A stretch of DNA of 64,000 nt, taken from Azolla caroliniana (lineage: Eukaryota > Plantae > Polypodiophyta). The stretch is from the NCBI GenBank assembly GCA_043228905.1, contig JBHGNT010000015.1, forward strand, positions 4,216,001-4,280,000, read 5' to 3'. This document shows positions 12,999-28,387 of the stretch, piece after piece; positions within the stretch are counted from its first letter, which is position 1; the number at the start of each line of letters is the position of its first letter. Made by a program: the position numbers and the translations under genes. The notes under the pieces were generated by a model. The model was not told the origin of the DNA. It did no database searches and saw nothing but the letters and a program-made list of their open reading frames with translations.

Positions 12999-13760
12999 TC
13001 TGGTTGTGCTCTTTGCTGAATGGGAGATTTTCGACATGTCGTATCGGATGTGTGGTGTCATCTCTAGTCTCTACATAGTCGGGTCCTTTCAGCGCTCTCA
13101 GGTCTCGAAACCATTCTTGATGAGACATCATATGGTTTGAGGCGCCAGAGTTGACAAACCAGAAGTCTTCAACATTGGATGTATTAGTCAAACCAGAGGT
13201 TGACCTAGTGCTTGCTCTATGCGCATCACGATCATTTCGCCATGATCGTCATAGTCGGAATTGGAGGCATAGTTGGTGAGTTGTCAGCTTGTGAAAACTG
13301 GCTCACTCTTCTTCTTCCTAAACTCCGCCTCATAGCGACTGAATTTGCCACAATATTTGCACTCGACAGAATTGTTTTGCTGCTTGGTCCAACATGGTGG
13401 CTCCCCCTTCTCCCGAACATACCTCGTGAGTTTACGATATTTTGGGGTTGTCCTTGGTTGTTTCAACCATGGTCGAATTGGCCTCTTCTTCCATGGTCGC
13501 GCTCTCTCTTACTCCGTCCGAATTCGAATAGAGCATGTGACCTTCCGATGTATTTCCCCTCGTTCGGGCGTGGTTTTCTTTGACTAATAGCATCGACTAG
13601 AGATCAAAGATGGAGGGAGTATTCTCCCTTGCGAGTATGGCCGACCTTATTGCGCCGAAACGGGGTGCTAGGCCTCCGAGGCATATTTGCACCATTTCAT
13701 CATCGTCAATGTTAACATTGATCGAGCCGAGGGAGTAGCACAATTCCTTGTATCTTCAAG
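12999..13760 (-). pseudogene. Decayed Copia gag/protease fragment
   Basis: WFVNSGASNHM protease motif and degenerate knuckle CKYCGK; similar to the Copia at 41444-42790. Confidence 0.75.
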
Positions 13761-15582
13761 GTGTAGCATTCAATTGAATTTCTTGAAATATCCTTCAACA
13801 TCTACTTGTCCACGAAACCCATAAGACTATTGAACTAATCGTCTCCCAAACCACACCATCCTGTATTGAATTAATAAACACACCTAGCACCACTTCCTCA
13901 ACATATCGACCTCTTGACAATGCAAAGTTAACCTTTTCTTTTTCATAATCTTGTCCATTCCAAGATGTTTTCCTATAACATTTTAAACATTTGGAAGAGA
14001 TTTAGTTTGAATTAGATACATATAGCAAATTGTCTTTCCACTACTTTCAAATCTTCTAATAGTTTAGCAGTCCATAGTGGATAACTTATTTTCATTCCAT
14101 ATGCTTAGGAACATGACAACGTGCTCATCTAGATTTGCCCAATTGTAAAATTTCATGAATGGAAACAACATATCATATTCCAATAATTCACGATAGTTCC
14201 AACGACTCTTCAGTGAAGTCTTTCTCTACCTTTCACCAAGTTGCCATTGAATTTATATCCTTCAATTTGTTTTGGGTTGCATCTTCCATCATATTCTCTT
14301 AATCATATTTCAAATAGACTATCGTTTTCTTCTAAAACTCAAAATAATTTATTGAAGTATTGGTCAGGCAATCAATTTTGCATATATAATTTCAAATATT
14401 GCCGATAGCACCTTTGTTGTGATGTCTCTATTCGGACTTGTAACATCTTAATTATCCACTTATCTAGTTATCTTGCTCTTTGATGTTACCTTAGCCCTAC
14501 ATCCCAATGACATGCACGAAGTTCATTTGCTAGTTGTTTGGCAACCCATCGTGGTCACCAAAAGTGTTATCATTGGATTTAGTTTAATGACAAAGTTAAG
14601 ATAATCACAATACAAATTACTAGTACTCAAATAATGCAATGATAAAATTATGTGAATCTTTTTGTACATTATGTTCAATATCATATGACAAATAGCATGG
14701 TTTGCTCATGCTTCAATGGCTCCTTAAAAGTTGAGATTCTAAAGGGCACATGTCCTTTCATATCCTATCTAAACCACTACTCTTCTATATCTTATTCAAT
14801 GACTTCTTAACATTTTAAGGTCCACTATATAGGCGACTCACACTCACTATATAATATGTTTGTGGTTTACTCCACTCTAATATTACAAATTATACTAATA
14901 TCATGCCTATAGAAGTGCATCAAGTTGCTCTTTCCAGGAGCGCATAGACTAAGTAAGGAGAGGGTTAACTTGCATGATTGATGGAAACATGAAGTAATTA
15001 TAATATGTAATCTCCATGAAATTATTTTGTGTAACTTGGCTTACAATAAACTTGTATATGGTTTGCTTTTATTCATTTAAAAAATCATTTCCAGTTTTCA
15101 ACATTTACTATCATATAAGTGAACACACACATAACAAAAACATAAAAAATGCATTTGTCATTAAATTAAGATCCTCTTATAGGTCTCCATGATAAACTTA
15201 AAAACAAATATCAAAATGTATGCTTGCTTAAAATAAAACATATAAATGGATGTCACCCATAGTAAAAAGGTGTGATGGATTATTCATAGAAATTTTGTCG
15301 TATCAGATAAATATATATATATATATATATCTCATAAAGTGATACAATATAAGTCGGCATGTGGCAAGCAAAGAGGTGTCTATGTACGAACCATAGAATA
15401 ATATCTTCGTGTTGATTTTGGTACATGATAGCATGTGCATCCATTATGACCTCTCTCTAGAATGTGGGCACTCAAAATAACTCTACAGAATCCTCTTTTT
15501 ATTCATTTAACCTTTGGAGAACACTCTTATTTCATTCTCTCAAGGAAACACTAGAGGTACCTAAGTGTATATCTCTAGAACA

Positions 15583-15585
<3 letters not shown>

Positions 15586-15626
<41 letters not shown>
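15586..15626. repeat. (CT)n microsatellite
   Basis: About 20 CT units. Confidence 0.9.
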
Positions 15627-15628
<2 letters not shown>

Positions 15629-16957
15629 ATTTGCCAAGTGACATTAGAAATTTGTGTCACAATTGAAATCATATAATTAAACACAATATTGTGGATAAAA
15701 ATCGAAGAGCATTATTATTTTTGTTTGGTGTGATTATGGCCGCACGATAGCATTCATGCACTCTTGTTTCACATTTCATGTAATCTGTTTGTTGGGATTC
15801 TCTCTCCAAAATACATTGTTCATATAACATATATACGAGTACTCATATAAGTCTTTGTAACTTCCTCATTGTAACTAAAATTTCAATAACGCAAAAAACT
15901 TTAGATCATCTCCATGTTGTGTAAGGCATTCCAATAACTTTTTCTTCATTCTCTTGTCTCTCAATATTTATCAAAAGGAAATAATAATAGAAGGTTCTCT
16001 ATTGAGTTGGTCATTTGTCACCTTGAGACGGAGGTCCCAATGCAAGTGCCATTTCCTTTCTATTGGGTAGAGAGACACTCATGTGCTCATTGTGGTTAGT
16101 TCAACATCATTTGAAAGAGCATAGAACACATCGACCAACTTTGTGTTACATCACGATTCTCATCATCGCCCTACCCCCCCTTGTCTGTTTAAAACAATAA
16201 AATAGATTCCCAAACTTCGGGTTGCGAGGACAACTTGTCTTACAACGCATATTATCGTTGCCAAATACATCTTGCCAATTTGAAAAGGAAAAAGCTCGAA
16301 AATCCAAAACCTTCTTGTACACTACTAAATAGGGTCGTACAATAACCTACTATTATTTATCCACATGCCTACACATGCAACACACATTAGGTTAACAATA
16401 ACAGAAGTTTTATTCACTTATACACATTAGGGTTGCCACTCAAGTCCCAATTTGGTGGCCCCTACAAACAATAAAGTAGTTGAAATAGAATTACACATTG
16501 GTTTGTGCTAGTGATCACAAATCAATTATGATCCACATGATCAATATTGTAATGTCCACCAATACCCATTGTTAAGTGAAGTAAATATGACTTCTTCCTT
16601 ACAATTTGTAAAACAAAGAGGTAGATCTATCATTCCTTGGTTATGATATCATTTAGGCTCTTCCATTACTTCTATAAAGAGGATAAACCAAGGAGCTTCG
16701 TTTGCGCAATAAATAAAATTTCAAGTACAACTTGTAATTTTGTCTAAGTTGCGTAGAGCCCTAATGGTGCAAAAATCTACAAGACTATAAAAAGTAAGAT
16801 GCCATTCCCCACCCACTCCATCGGTACCAAAATTGTGTCTACTGACCATCACCAGAAAACTTTTATAATCTCTCAAAGTTGTTTCTTAAACTTATTGTCT
16901 GACTTAGGTTGAAAGGTCCTAGAAAGTATGTAATAACTGGTTCTTAATTAAACTCAA

Positions 16958-16983
16958 AGGGGGGGGGGGGGGGGGGGGGGGGG
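16958..16983. repeat. poly(G) run
   Basis: About 25 consecutive G. Confidence 0.9.
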
Positions 16984-17669
16984 CGTGAAAGTGGCATCTC
17001 GTTTACAAACATTTTATTTATGAAAAAGGCATCCATAGAATTCTTCCCTTGCCCTATTCTGACTTATATATAACGTTCATTTTAGATCAAAATGCCTCAC
17101 ATCACTCGTATTACATTACGTTAATGAGATTGAAATTATGTTTTGTGTGTACTAAGCATACTCAATGTTACCTATAACTTCTATATGAGTAGTCTTAGAT
17201 GGATGATGAAATTTTACTCCTTGGACCATAAATAACTAGACTTTGAATTCAATAAGTGGATGATTGAATAGTAAGTGATATCAAGAGATATTAACACAAC
17301 TATGAAGATGTTCTAAGTTCTCATTTACAAGTTGATGTTACTTTATCACTTACTCTATAGTAGATATCAACAAAAATATTCAAACATTTCATATTCTTAC
17401 TTTGTCAACTCAAAATGAAAGTTGTATTTCGACTTCATTATGAGAATTCAATGGTCAAATTGAGGCATCTTATGAGATTAAATTGGATCTTTTTTTTCTA
17501 CATTAGTATTAAGAAACACCCTAAGGCTATACATAAAATATGTACATTTCGGTAATGAGCCCCTTTCTAAGTTCTAATTGTCAGCTTAAATATATACTTC
17601 GGTGTGGGGTAGAACCACTCCACCTTATCCAAAATCCGTCAATAAAATATTCCTTTGTCCCATATGGCA

Positions 17670-17800
17670 TGAACACAATCTCTGTCCAAATCCTAGAATT
17701 TATTAGGGCAAGTCTTTCAGTCACATTTTGGAATACCTTCAAACATCGAACCTTCCAAATATACCAAATTGTGATACCACTTACCCATGCTCAAGTTATG
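17670..17800 (-). pseudogene. Fragment of the L1-type LINE ORF2 C-terminus
   Basis: Manual translation gives AWVSGITIWYIWKVRCLKVFQN...IWTEI, matching the W.IW..R...F motif downstream of zf-RVT. Confidence 0.55.
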
Positions 17801-20800
17801 GATGATCCCATAGATCTTCAATAGAAATGCCCATCACAATCTTATTTGAGAATGAATTCAACTCCTTAGATATCTTTAGAAGATAAGTCGTTTGTAACAA
17901 ATGCTCTACAGTTGAAATATATTCCATTCTATGCCACTTATAGTGTTGACGTAAGAATGATATAAAAGCATCATTGTCATGTAATATGTCATAATGTGTG
18001 TTTAAATTAATCATTATAAATTGTCATTATCATGAATTCCCTATCCATTATATTCTAAAATAGTTGTAGACACAAGTAATCATATGGGACTCGTAGAAAT
18101 ATTGTGACAAGTCATTAAATTCATGGAATGTGAACAAGCGAAAAAAATCAACAAAAACCAACAACAAAGGTAATATTCACGGTAAAATATTAGGTAGAGA
18201 GAATATCAAGGAGAATGAGTGGGATCCCATGTGTGATAAACGGAACAATATGCCCACGTGGTCGAGAGTTCAATACTACATAAAGCACTTGAGGCACGTC
18301 TGTGCGCTTGTCTAAGTGGACATGCAAGCCTACTTGGCATCAAAATGTTATCATGTCCTCAACCATAGCTTTCGCATATGTAATGTACAAATTTGAATTA
18401 TTGAGATTTGTTTACGATATCACCACATCATATGCTCTCATTGTGATGTTGTGCATGAGTAGAATAAAATGGAACAACTGTAATACAAGGGAAGGGGAAG
18501 AGAAGCACGACGACAATGTGAGGTATTGGCATCAAAATTGTCACTAGGCATATAGCTCGTCGTCAGGTTGGACATGACATTTAGTAGCAATACCTAGGGT
18601 CAAACTAAAGAATCTTAAGGATATGAAGTCAAATTCCTATTACAAGGGAGAAGTTTGGTGAGCTTTTTCCACTAGTAGCACAATTGGAACAATCCATAAT
18701 AACTTTGACATTAAGATTTGAGGTGGGATTCAAAAGGTGATGTAGGATGCCTTCTGATGTTGACATGGGGTTATGACATTGGTTTTGAAAAATTAGATAG
18801 TGGAAGCCTTTGGCTTTTGAGGGTTCCACAATGGACTAAAAAGATTGACGACATACATATCTTAAAATGTTCCCGAGTAGGATTCCTTTCGTGAGGATAT
18901 GGACCATCAAATCATTTTATGAATCTTACCTTTGATTCAATCACATAAACTAGCAAAAGTATTGAAATGTATGGTGTGCTTAGGCTACTCATGGATAGAA
19001 CCATATAAATTTCATTTAATTTCACAATTTAATTATGAAATTTGATTTAAAAGCTAATTTTGTCTATATATTGAATTATTGTTGTTTGCATAAGCTAGCT
19101 CAAAAGTGCATAGCTTGTCACTTGTTTTTCCAATAAACTAATTAAAAATGCATACCTTCTTACTTGACTTTTCGTATTCTTTGTATGATGTAATGATGAC
19201 GTGTGCAACTAAAGCTAACCCAAAACACATAAATAACTTGGATTTTAAGTGATGTACTTTTCGCAAAAAGGATGGTGAACTTGGTAAGACACGTCACACA
19301 ACTAGTTTTAGAGACAAGCAATTAATTCGGGGCGAGATTGTCATCTAAAGGTTTTTTTTTCTCTTACGAGACGAAGGGATGATTCATTGATTTTAGTGAT
19401 CTATTATGTAAAGAGAGAGCAATTATAGGTGGATTAAAATAAGTGTTAATGGTAAACTTGAATATTTGGACATTTGTTCTGACATACAAGATACAATGCT
19501 TGAAAGTGTGAAGTACATGAATGAAGTTCTTAAGGACAACTCCCTCAACCATAGATATAAAGTGAATATAATGTTAATTGTATTTTATGGTGTACAAGCC
19601 TACACGATCATTTTTCCCATGATCTATGAGCAAATTATTATCCAAATTCTTAATGTTCTTGAAGTGTTTGAAAGCTCTCTCTAGAAAGTAAATATATGTA
19701 TAAAGCCTCTATACTGGAGTACATGCATAGAGTTCTCTATGGCTGCTTTCAAGTACAAAATACATGTCTAAACTTGTCTCTGAGTGTTCCCAACTACAAA
19801 ATAAATGCATTAAAACTTCCATGACTATATTCAAGTACAAAGTACTTGTATAAAGGGATTGCTTACATGGTAGAAAGTACATGTATAAAGAAAATGATGT
19901 CAAAAACTTCCATATACAATCTTGAAGTAATGCGTGCTTGGTGGCTGTTTGTTTAATGATCTATGTGTATAATTGAAGGGATCAATGTTGCAATATCATT
20001 TAGTAGGGATGCAATAAGTTCCTTTCGGATTTCTCGTGCAAAAATCGTGTGTAATGTTAACCTAAAAATTGTAAAAAGTCAAGAAGATATGAAAATGTGA
20101 ATTCAGTAGAAAGTAGTTCTTGGCCATAAATACACTATGGAAATGACAAAATGAGAAATATGGTTGAGAGTTAAATGCGAGATTTCATGTGATAAAGGAC
20201 ACACCTCACTTCTTGAAGTTTCACACCCTCACCATGGGTAGTCATGAGTCATGACCTTATTTTGTTCCAACACTTTACTCAAACTCTTTCCAAACAAGTA
20301 ACAATGTTTCGCTCCAAATAGAAACAGCCTAAGCACACAAAAGATTCTAATTAAGAGAATATATTTTTCCAAGAATGTCACAGTACTACTCGCTCCAACA
20401 TACAGTGGAGTGAAAACTTGCATATATTATGTGACAAAACTAAAAAGTAATGAAAACTATGCCTCTAGTTGAATACTTAGATTCGGAATGACAATGGCAA
20501 CATATATCATAGCATGAAATCTATTTGCCAAAAGTAAATACATACACACAAGTCCAAGTTTAAACTATGTATGTATATGTAAAGTCATAGGTTTTAGTTG
20601 TAACTACATATCTAATTGATTTAAAGACATGAAATACCTATCAAGTTGAATAACTAATTCATCACACCATATTTTCTATATGTAAGTTATACATTCTAAA
20701 TAACACTATTCTTGTGAACAATTGATGACCAAAGTTCAGCATTTGGCTCCATTGTGGTAGAAGGAAAGACAATTGTCTCACAAAAACCATTAATGATGCG

Positions 20801-23800
20801 CTTCCTAGACTCTGATACAAAATCATGGATGAGAAGTGGTGCTCTTACCCCTTGGTTGTATATTCCTACAAAAGAAAAAAGTGCACGTTGATGCTTAGAA
20901 TGGATGATAAGTGGTGCTCTTACCTCTTGGTTGTATATCCCTACAAAAGAAAAATGTGCGTGTTGATGGTTAGAGGGTTGTATTCACATTCACTTGAAAT
21001 GAGCTATGGAACTCATGGCACAATACATAATAAGAGGAGGTTCAAATTTTAGGACTACATCAACAAGTTTCATCTCTTAGGCCCACAAAAATTGTGTTGG
21101 TCCTCTTCACAACAACTCATTTGAGGTTCACACTAGTGAAGGTGGCACATGCAATATTATGCGATAATAGGAACATAAAAAACAACTTTTTCCCATGCCT
21201 ATGTGCTAAGGCTAGAGGTTAAATAACATACTAATAAGGCATTTCATGTATTTTCAAATTATTCAAACTACTACCACCCAATGTGAAACATGCCCAATGA
21301 GGTTGTTCCCATGCTTGAACTCAATATGAATATTATTGTGGCCACTTTTGGAAAACAAAATGTCTTAAAGAGTTTCATAACTTGTGTACCTTTGAAAATA
21401 TGTGACTTTCTAGATCTATATGACATTGACATTACATTGGCAATCTAGTGTTGCTACTATGTTTTTTAACCAAGAAAGCAAAATCCCTAAATGGGTCATG
21501 GCCCATGACTAATTACCACTTTTAAACTTAGTCTTCTTCTATTCCATGGTTTTGGTCTCTAAGAATATGGCGAAGAAAAGCACACTCAAGTTCCCCTAGT
21601 GGTCTCAAGGAATATGAAGAAAATCTTACTCATACACCCCTATGCTAAATGTTTTGTTCTACTAGGCCTCATACTTCTAATGTATAAAATTAATCATATT
21701 CAATTAATGTTATTTTCACTCAATGTCAAGCACATGTTTTGGGCATCAATGCTTGTGTAATGTTGATAGTTTATTTTTTTGAGGCATGATGTTTCTCTAT
21801 GGCAATGGGAGTGTTTGGGAGACCACTTGTTGTGATGAATGTAAACAATTGATTGGTTTCTTCAATTGCAAGTCTCCTCCGATTTCTTTTATTCCTTATG
21901 AAAGAAGTTTTAGAAAAATATTGAAAAGTTGAACAGATGTCACCGACATGATTCCTCCTAGATGATGTACTCTAATGATTGACTTCGGCATTCAACATTG
22001 TCAGCAAGACATCTCTTTGAAAATTCGGGTAATGACTCAACTCAATACGCACCCGAGGATGAGGATAAGTTGATTTATCATTGGTCAAGACAATCTTAAA
22101 TTTAGGCAACGATTCTGAATAGATGGCATGATATTAGGTAAATGTTGTACATAATATATGCATGCATACAAAGATACATACATAACATACATACACTTCT
22201 ATGGTTATCATTGAGGCTATGACTCAAAACTGTGTTCACATCCAATTTTTTCTTATCACTCCAGTTTATGGTGGCATCAAAATTCAGCAAATGAGAGAAG
22301 CTTATCAGAATAATATGAAGAAAATCAATGATCATCATCAAGAGATCGTGGATTTAGATATCTTACCGACATATTTACAATGAGAACTTTTAATCAAAAG
22401 AACGAAATAAAATAATATTGAGGTGACTCAGATAAGCTCTTACAAAATGTTAAATGTTTAACGTTATAGAATAAAAGGTAACTTCCACATGACTCTGGAT
22501 TCTTTTTTTATGAAATCAACCAATAGGCCCATAGCTATAAGGAAACTAAGTTTTAGGTTGGGACAAAAATCCAATGAAACGAGATTCTTCAATTTCAACA
22601 TGGAATTTCACACTGGTATTTGACAAGTTGGCAAGCTTAAGTTCCATAACTTACAACTTTATAGGGAAACATTGTATATCTACTAGCCTATAGCATCCCA
22701 TTCTTTATAGTTTAACCTCCATTATGTTTAGCCTTAGATTGAATGCCAAGTGTGGCTAAAAACTATAAGAGCGTCATACATTCTTTTGCAATAGAACTTA
22801 GCTACACAATGGAAGATTTCAGGTATAGTTGTGTTTCTAGCAGGGAGACATGTGATAAAACTAATTGCAAAGCAAAAAGTCTTTTCCACAACATTTTCTA
22901 GATGCAAAGACATGATGATGTGGCTTCAAAGGGGCCAATTTGAAATCCTAGTCTTTTTTCTAAATTTAAAATAAATAAATTCGGATTCAACTTTTCACAA
23001 GGTGGGCTCAAATATAGTCATGTGTATTGCCAACACCTAAAATGTTGTTGGGCACAACCTCAGAAAAGGCAATGAATAGATGATGGCTTACACATCTTAT
23101 GTCTCGTGCACTCTTAAGACATTCTAAGAATGTAAACGTCATATCCTTAGGATTATAGTCTACCCTCTACAATGTTTATATCAACTACAAGTTTTAGAGA
23201 AGATTATAACCTTCTAGATATATTGTATAAAATGTATAAAATTAGTTGCTATAACTATTTTGATTATCTTTACTCCATGGTGATGGTAGTGCCAACTTGG
23301 TAATTGAATATACATGTTTATCAAAGATGATTGGCTATGGAAGTCAATGCACACACAAATAGATGTGGGGAAAATCCATAAAATAAACACTTCCATACAT
23401 AATCCCCATGAGCATAGCCCAATTGGTTGGGGGTCATTCCAATGTCTTGGCGGATATGCCTCTACTTGATGAGGAGTGATTCAGTGTGCTACATAATGTG
23501 CCTCAACTTGACTAGGAGTTATTCCAATGAGCTGGAGATACATGATTTGGTCCTTAACATCAACAATGAGGGCTCCCAATCAAAGTGAAAAAAAAACATG
23601 AGGACAAATGTGCATAGAGCCACCCTTCTAACATAAACATAACAACAATTATCATTTATCATGTCAACAATCTATCATGTACCAATAGAATGATCAAGTT
23701 GGTGCAATAAAGGAGGAGTCACATCGAAAGATTGCAAGGGCTTAATGATTAGAGATTATTTACAAAGGAATAAATCTCTAATTCAACTTGTATAAGAGGG

Positions 23801-26515
23801 TGTGGTAACAATTCTTCATTTTTGTCCCAAAACATGGAGGCGTAGGTGTACCTAGAAAACATGTCAATATGGAAAGGGATCCATATGGATTAGGACATGT
23901 AAATATTAAGACAATGGATTTGCCCCCGAGAATTGTTAGTGCTACGAACTTCCCTCTATATTTAGTGATTGTAAAAATAAAACTCATAAATAATCTAGCC
24001 TATATAATCTCAATATATGTGAAATATAAACTTCACCTCTTTCATCGGTGAAGACATCAATATGGGGATATGTATTTATCCATGACTCAAGTAATTCAAA
24101 TAGTCAACTTTGCGCAAAAGAAGTTGATATGGGAAGAAAGCCATGGAGGAGAAAAGAGGGGGGATTGGATAGTTTTTTCATCTGAGGAAAGAAGAGCTTG
24201 CCAAAGGAAAATCAAATGAACGGATAACAATATGTGCAACCATGTAGGATTGCAACACATCAAACCATCCATCTCATGGACTTTTCAGCTAACCACTTTG
24301 TGCACCTACTTGCATGTGAACATACCAAAAATTTGTCCTTCGTGACTTGGTCATTAGTCTAAATTTGGCCTTAGACTTGGTGTTTATTCTCTAAAGCTCT
24401 CTCCCAACTCATTGCAATATGTCATAACTTTGATCAAGTGTAAGATACATTGCTACACCCCTAAAATTTAATTGGCAATAGGTGGGATTGGCAAAAATGG
24501 TGTCACAAATTGGGCTAAGTGTCCATCTCTACATCCATGGACAACATATAACTTGGAAGATTCTACGCTTCAAAGTAGTATTTGTTTGCACAAGCTAGTT
24601 TGAAAAGTTACTATAAGGTTTCTATTTCAAGATGAGAAAATGCTCATCAATGTTTTGATCCAAAATACTAACCAGACTTGTTCATACATATCACAACCTC
24701 GACGTTAGTTCTATTCCTATGTGTATCGCCTCCATATTCTTGTGCTAGTTAGTTCATAACTCATAAATATGTTTGGAAATAAGAGGAAGTCTATCACAAT
24801 ATTGTGTTATAAATGTATTGTAATGTTGCAACATTGTTTTAAGCTCTGCAAACAACATCTTCTCATTCTAGGAAGGAAGTTTACTAGAAGGAATAATTGC
24901 ATCCTTTTGTAGCATACTTACGTTGGCTATGTTATCATTTTCGACTAGTTTGTAAAGCTATTTGTTAAGGAGAAGAGTGTCACAGGTAATGCAATGGTTT
25001 CATACCCTTGGGTTTGACATGAATTTTTCCATCCATTTCTATGGGAGAAAAACACCTTGTCGAAGTCTTATATATATACACACATATTATATATATATAT
25101 AGATATATATATATACCAATATGGATAGCTTGTCAATAGAATTATGTACTAGGCACCTTCTTCACTTTGTTGATTGTAGTCTTTGTAGGTTGTGTTGTCA
25201 ATGGGCTACATACATTTAACTTACGTGCTACCATATGTATCAGCCAGAGAGACCGACGGATTTCTTTAAAAGAGTTTTCGCCAACTTCATATCTATGTAA
25301 GTGGAAAATGTCACTAGTAATAAAAGTGCTACTAAAAAAGAAGAAGGAAAATGTCACTAGTGGGTATTCAGTTTATGTTTTGTCCCAAGGGGGGGTTCAT
25401 ACATATGACTCGCGAACATGTGGGTTCAACTGTCCCGAGGCCCAAGATACACAAGTCAATTGCATTACATCAGTCCTCGAGTCAAGGGCAAGGAGTACAC
25501 ATTATTGTAAATCGTAAATTCCTTGGTATTCTGAGGATTTACTTAGAATTTACTGCTATATTTTGTGTGTGTATGTATATATGTGTGTGTTGTGTGTTTG
25601 GAGTCATTAGAACTTAAAAAGGTCACAACTTAGAGATGTGTCCTTATACCACCATAGCTAGCTTGGTTAGAAAAAAAGAAGATATGAAATCAAATTTGTA
25701 AAAGGAGATTTGGGCTACATTTGTGTATTTTAAACAATTATAGGCCTTGTTTGATAATTCATTTAATCTGCAAATGATAAAAAAAAGATACAGAAATCCA
25801 ATTCGTAAAATGGAGATTTGGGCCACATTTGTAAATTTGAAACAATTATAGGCCTTGTTCGATAAGTTTAGCTCTCCATTGGTTTTGTACAACTAATGCT
25901 GATATATCATATAGAATGTGATCATTAAGCTTAATTAATGATCATAATCTGTACAACTAATTATCATAATCTGTACAACTAATGATCACCATAAATGTTT
26001 TGATAAATCATTAATCTCTTGGCGCTGCAGTTAAACCGTTAATCTCTTGCCGCCGCATGTTTGATTTCGATTTGGATCGAAACTCTAGCAGCATAATGTG
26101 GTTGAAACAAAACTAGTTTTAACAATTCTCCAAATTCTAAGGAACAAAATAGACACATTATAAGCAATTTAACGATGCCGCGACTGGTCACGGGTCCAAT
26201 GTTTGGGCTGGGGCTGCGCGATTCAGAATCAGAATTGGGTGGTTCCATTTTTCTGTTGTGCGAAAGAAATCCTTAAGAATTTTTAATCCATCATTAATTA
26301 TTATGAAGAAAATTTAAGATACATTAATGGATTTTAAAAGAGAAATACAATGATTAAAGTTAAATCCTTGATGTGAATTAATTATATGGTATAAGAATTA
26401 ATTAATTATGCTATAAATTAATAGAGCTATGTGTGTTTCACTATCTGTAATTAGTAGTAGGCAACTAATTACAAGTAAAAGATGATAATTAGCACTGATG
26501 CTACAGCTAGTAGGG

Positions 26516-28349
26516 CTATTTGTTCCAAATGGTTGGATTAATGCTGCCGCCATTAGAGTGATTCCAGAAGCTAATCAGCTGTTGTTGATGATGATCTGCA
26601 CCCACATAATGGTTATGATTAGTAGTTAGCTCATGGTTAGCGCTGGCTGAGTTCATCCCTGCATCATGAGGATGATCACCACCATAGCCATCACCATCAC
26701 CATGACTAGCTGCTAATACTAACTTATTACTATCCACATTGTTGCTGTCCTCGTCCTGGCTGCAGTTATTGGCGTGCTGAATGTGCCTGCGCAGCATGTT
26801 CAACGTCTCAGACCGATCTGATGGATCATCGAAGACAGGCAGATTACTGCTGCTGTTATGGTTATGGTGGTGGTGATTAGTAGCGGAGCCTGCAATTACG
26901 TTGATCGCATTGGCGGCATTCGTATTGTTGATATGGTGATCATCCTGCATAATGTTAAAGTTTTGGTGGGGATGATTATGGTTATGGTGATGGTGATGAG
27001 GATGAGGATGATAGGCATCTCCTGCTCCTGCTCCTGCTCCAAGGTGCAGAGCTAGCTGCCTCTGCTGCTGGAATTTGAGCCGAGCTTCCAGATCGAAATG
27101 AGCAGCATTATTATTTGTCGACAGATTATTCATGGCCGGCGACAGTGGCCCATTGTGGTCTGCAGGGTTATGGCTACCATGGTTGAAGCTCGCAGCAAGC
27201 TGATCTTCCATGGAGCCGAGCCTCCCAGTGGCGGAGCCATTAATGCTGCCAGTGAAGACTGAGCTATTGCCTGCGCTCTCAGATTTCATGGATGCATTAT
27301 GATGGCTGAAAACATGAGCTGGTGACCTGGAATCATGCTCGAATGGGGAATTGCTGCTCTTAGTCATGGATGCTGGAGTAGGGATCATGTTCATGTTCAC
27401 ATTCATGCATGCATTGTTAAGGTTAGGGTTAGGGTTAGGGTTAGAGTTAGGGTTAGAGTTAGGGTTAGGGTTAGGGTTCATAGCTGTCATCAGAGAGAGC
27501 TGCTGGCCACATTGGTTGCTCTTATGGTTATCATGAAGGGAGGCGCCATGCTCCGCCTCCTCGGAGCTAATCATATTTCCGCCGCCGCCGCCACCGCCGC
27601 CGCCATTGAGGCGGAGCGATTCCTGCAATCGCGAGAACGCCATGCTCAGAAGGTGGCTACCATCGCCAACAGGATGATTCATCAACAGGTTATGATGGCT
27701 GAGATGCGGATCCGCGAAACTGGGATTGATCATAGAGTCCATGTGGAAGGGGCTGGCGCCAGACATGAGATTAGCTCCATACGAATGGAGGCCACTGCTA
27801 CTATTTCCATGTGGATGGTGGTGGTGATGGTGAGCGTTGAAATTGGTCACCATGTCCAGGTGATTCATGTCCATGAGCAGGCCGGGCGGATCGAGACCGA
27901 TCATCCGGGCGGCGGCGCTGGAGTAATTGCAGGCGGACGATGGCGGCGACGCCATGGAGGAGGCGGAGGCGGAGGCGGAGGAGATTATGGAGGCCTTGGA
28001 GAGTCGCTTGTTTTTCCTGCAGCCTCCCCCGACCGGCACGTTCCTGAGGGAACCCCCCTGCGTCCAGTAGCGGCGGCAGTTCTTGCAGAAATGGCGGGGC
28101 TGCGTGAGGCTGTAATTGTTGTAGTAGCAGAACTTGGTGTTCATGGAGTCGCAGCGGGGGCACTTGATGATGGCTGGACCTGCAGCGCCTCCTCCTCCTC
28201 CTCCTCCTCCGCCCTGCAGAGCTGCACTCACACGACCAGAATTTCGAGCTAATCCATCGCTACCTGCCATATCCACATCATCAGAACCATCAATTATCAT
28301 CAGAAATCACCACCAGAATCATAATAATCAGAATCAAAATCACCACCGG

Positions 28350-28387
<38 letters not shown>

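Noticed and set aside
13760-26400. Short ORFs and small duplications (e.g. 20826-20970, 25700-25870) in AT-rich DNA
   Set aside because: No recognisable domains; consistent with old decayed repeats and chance ORFs
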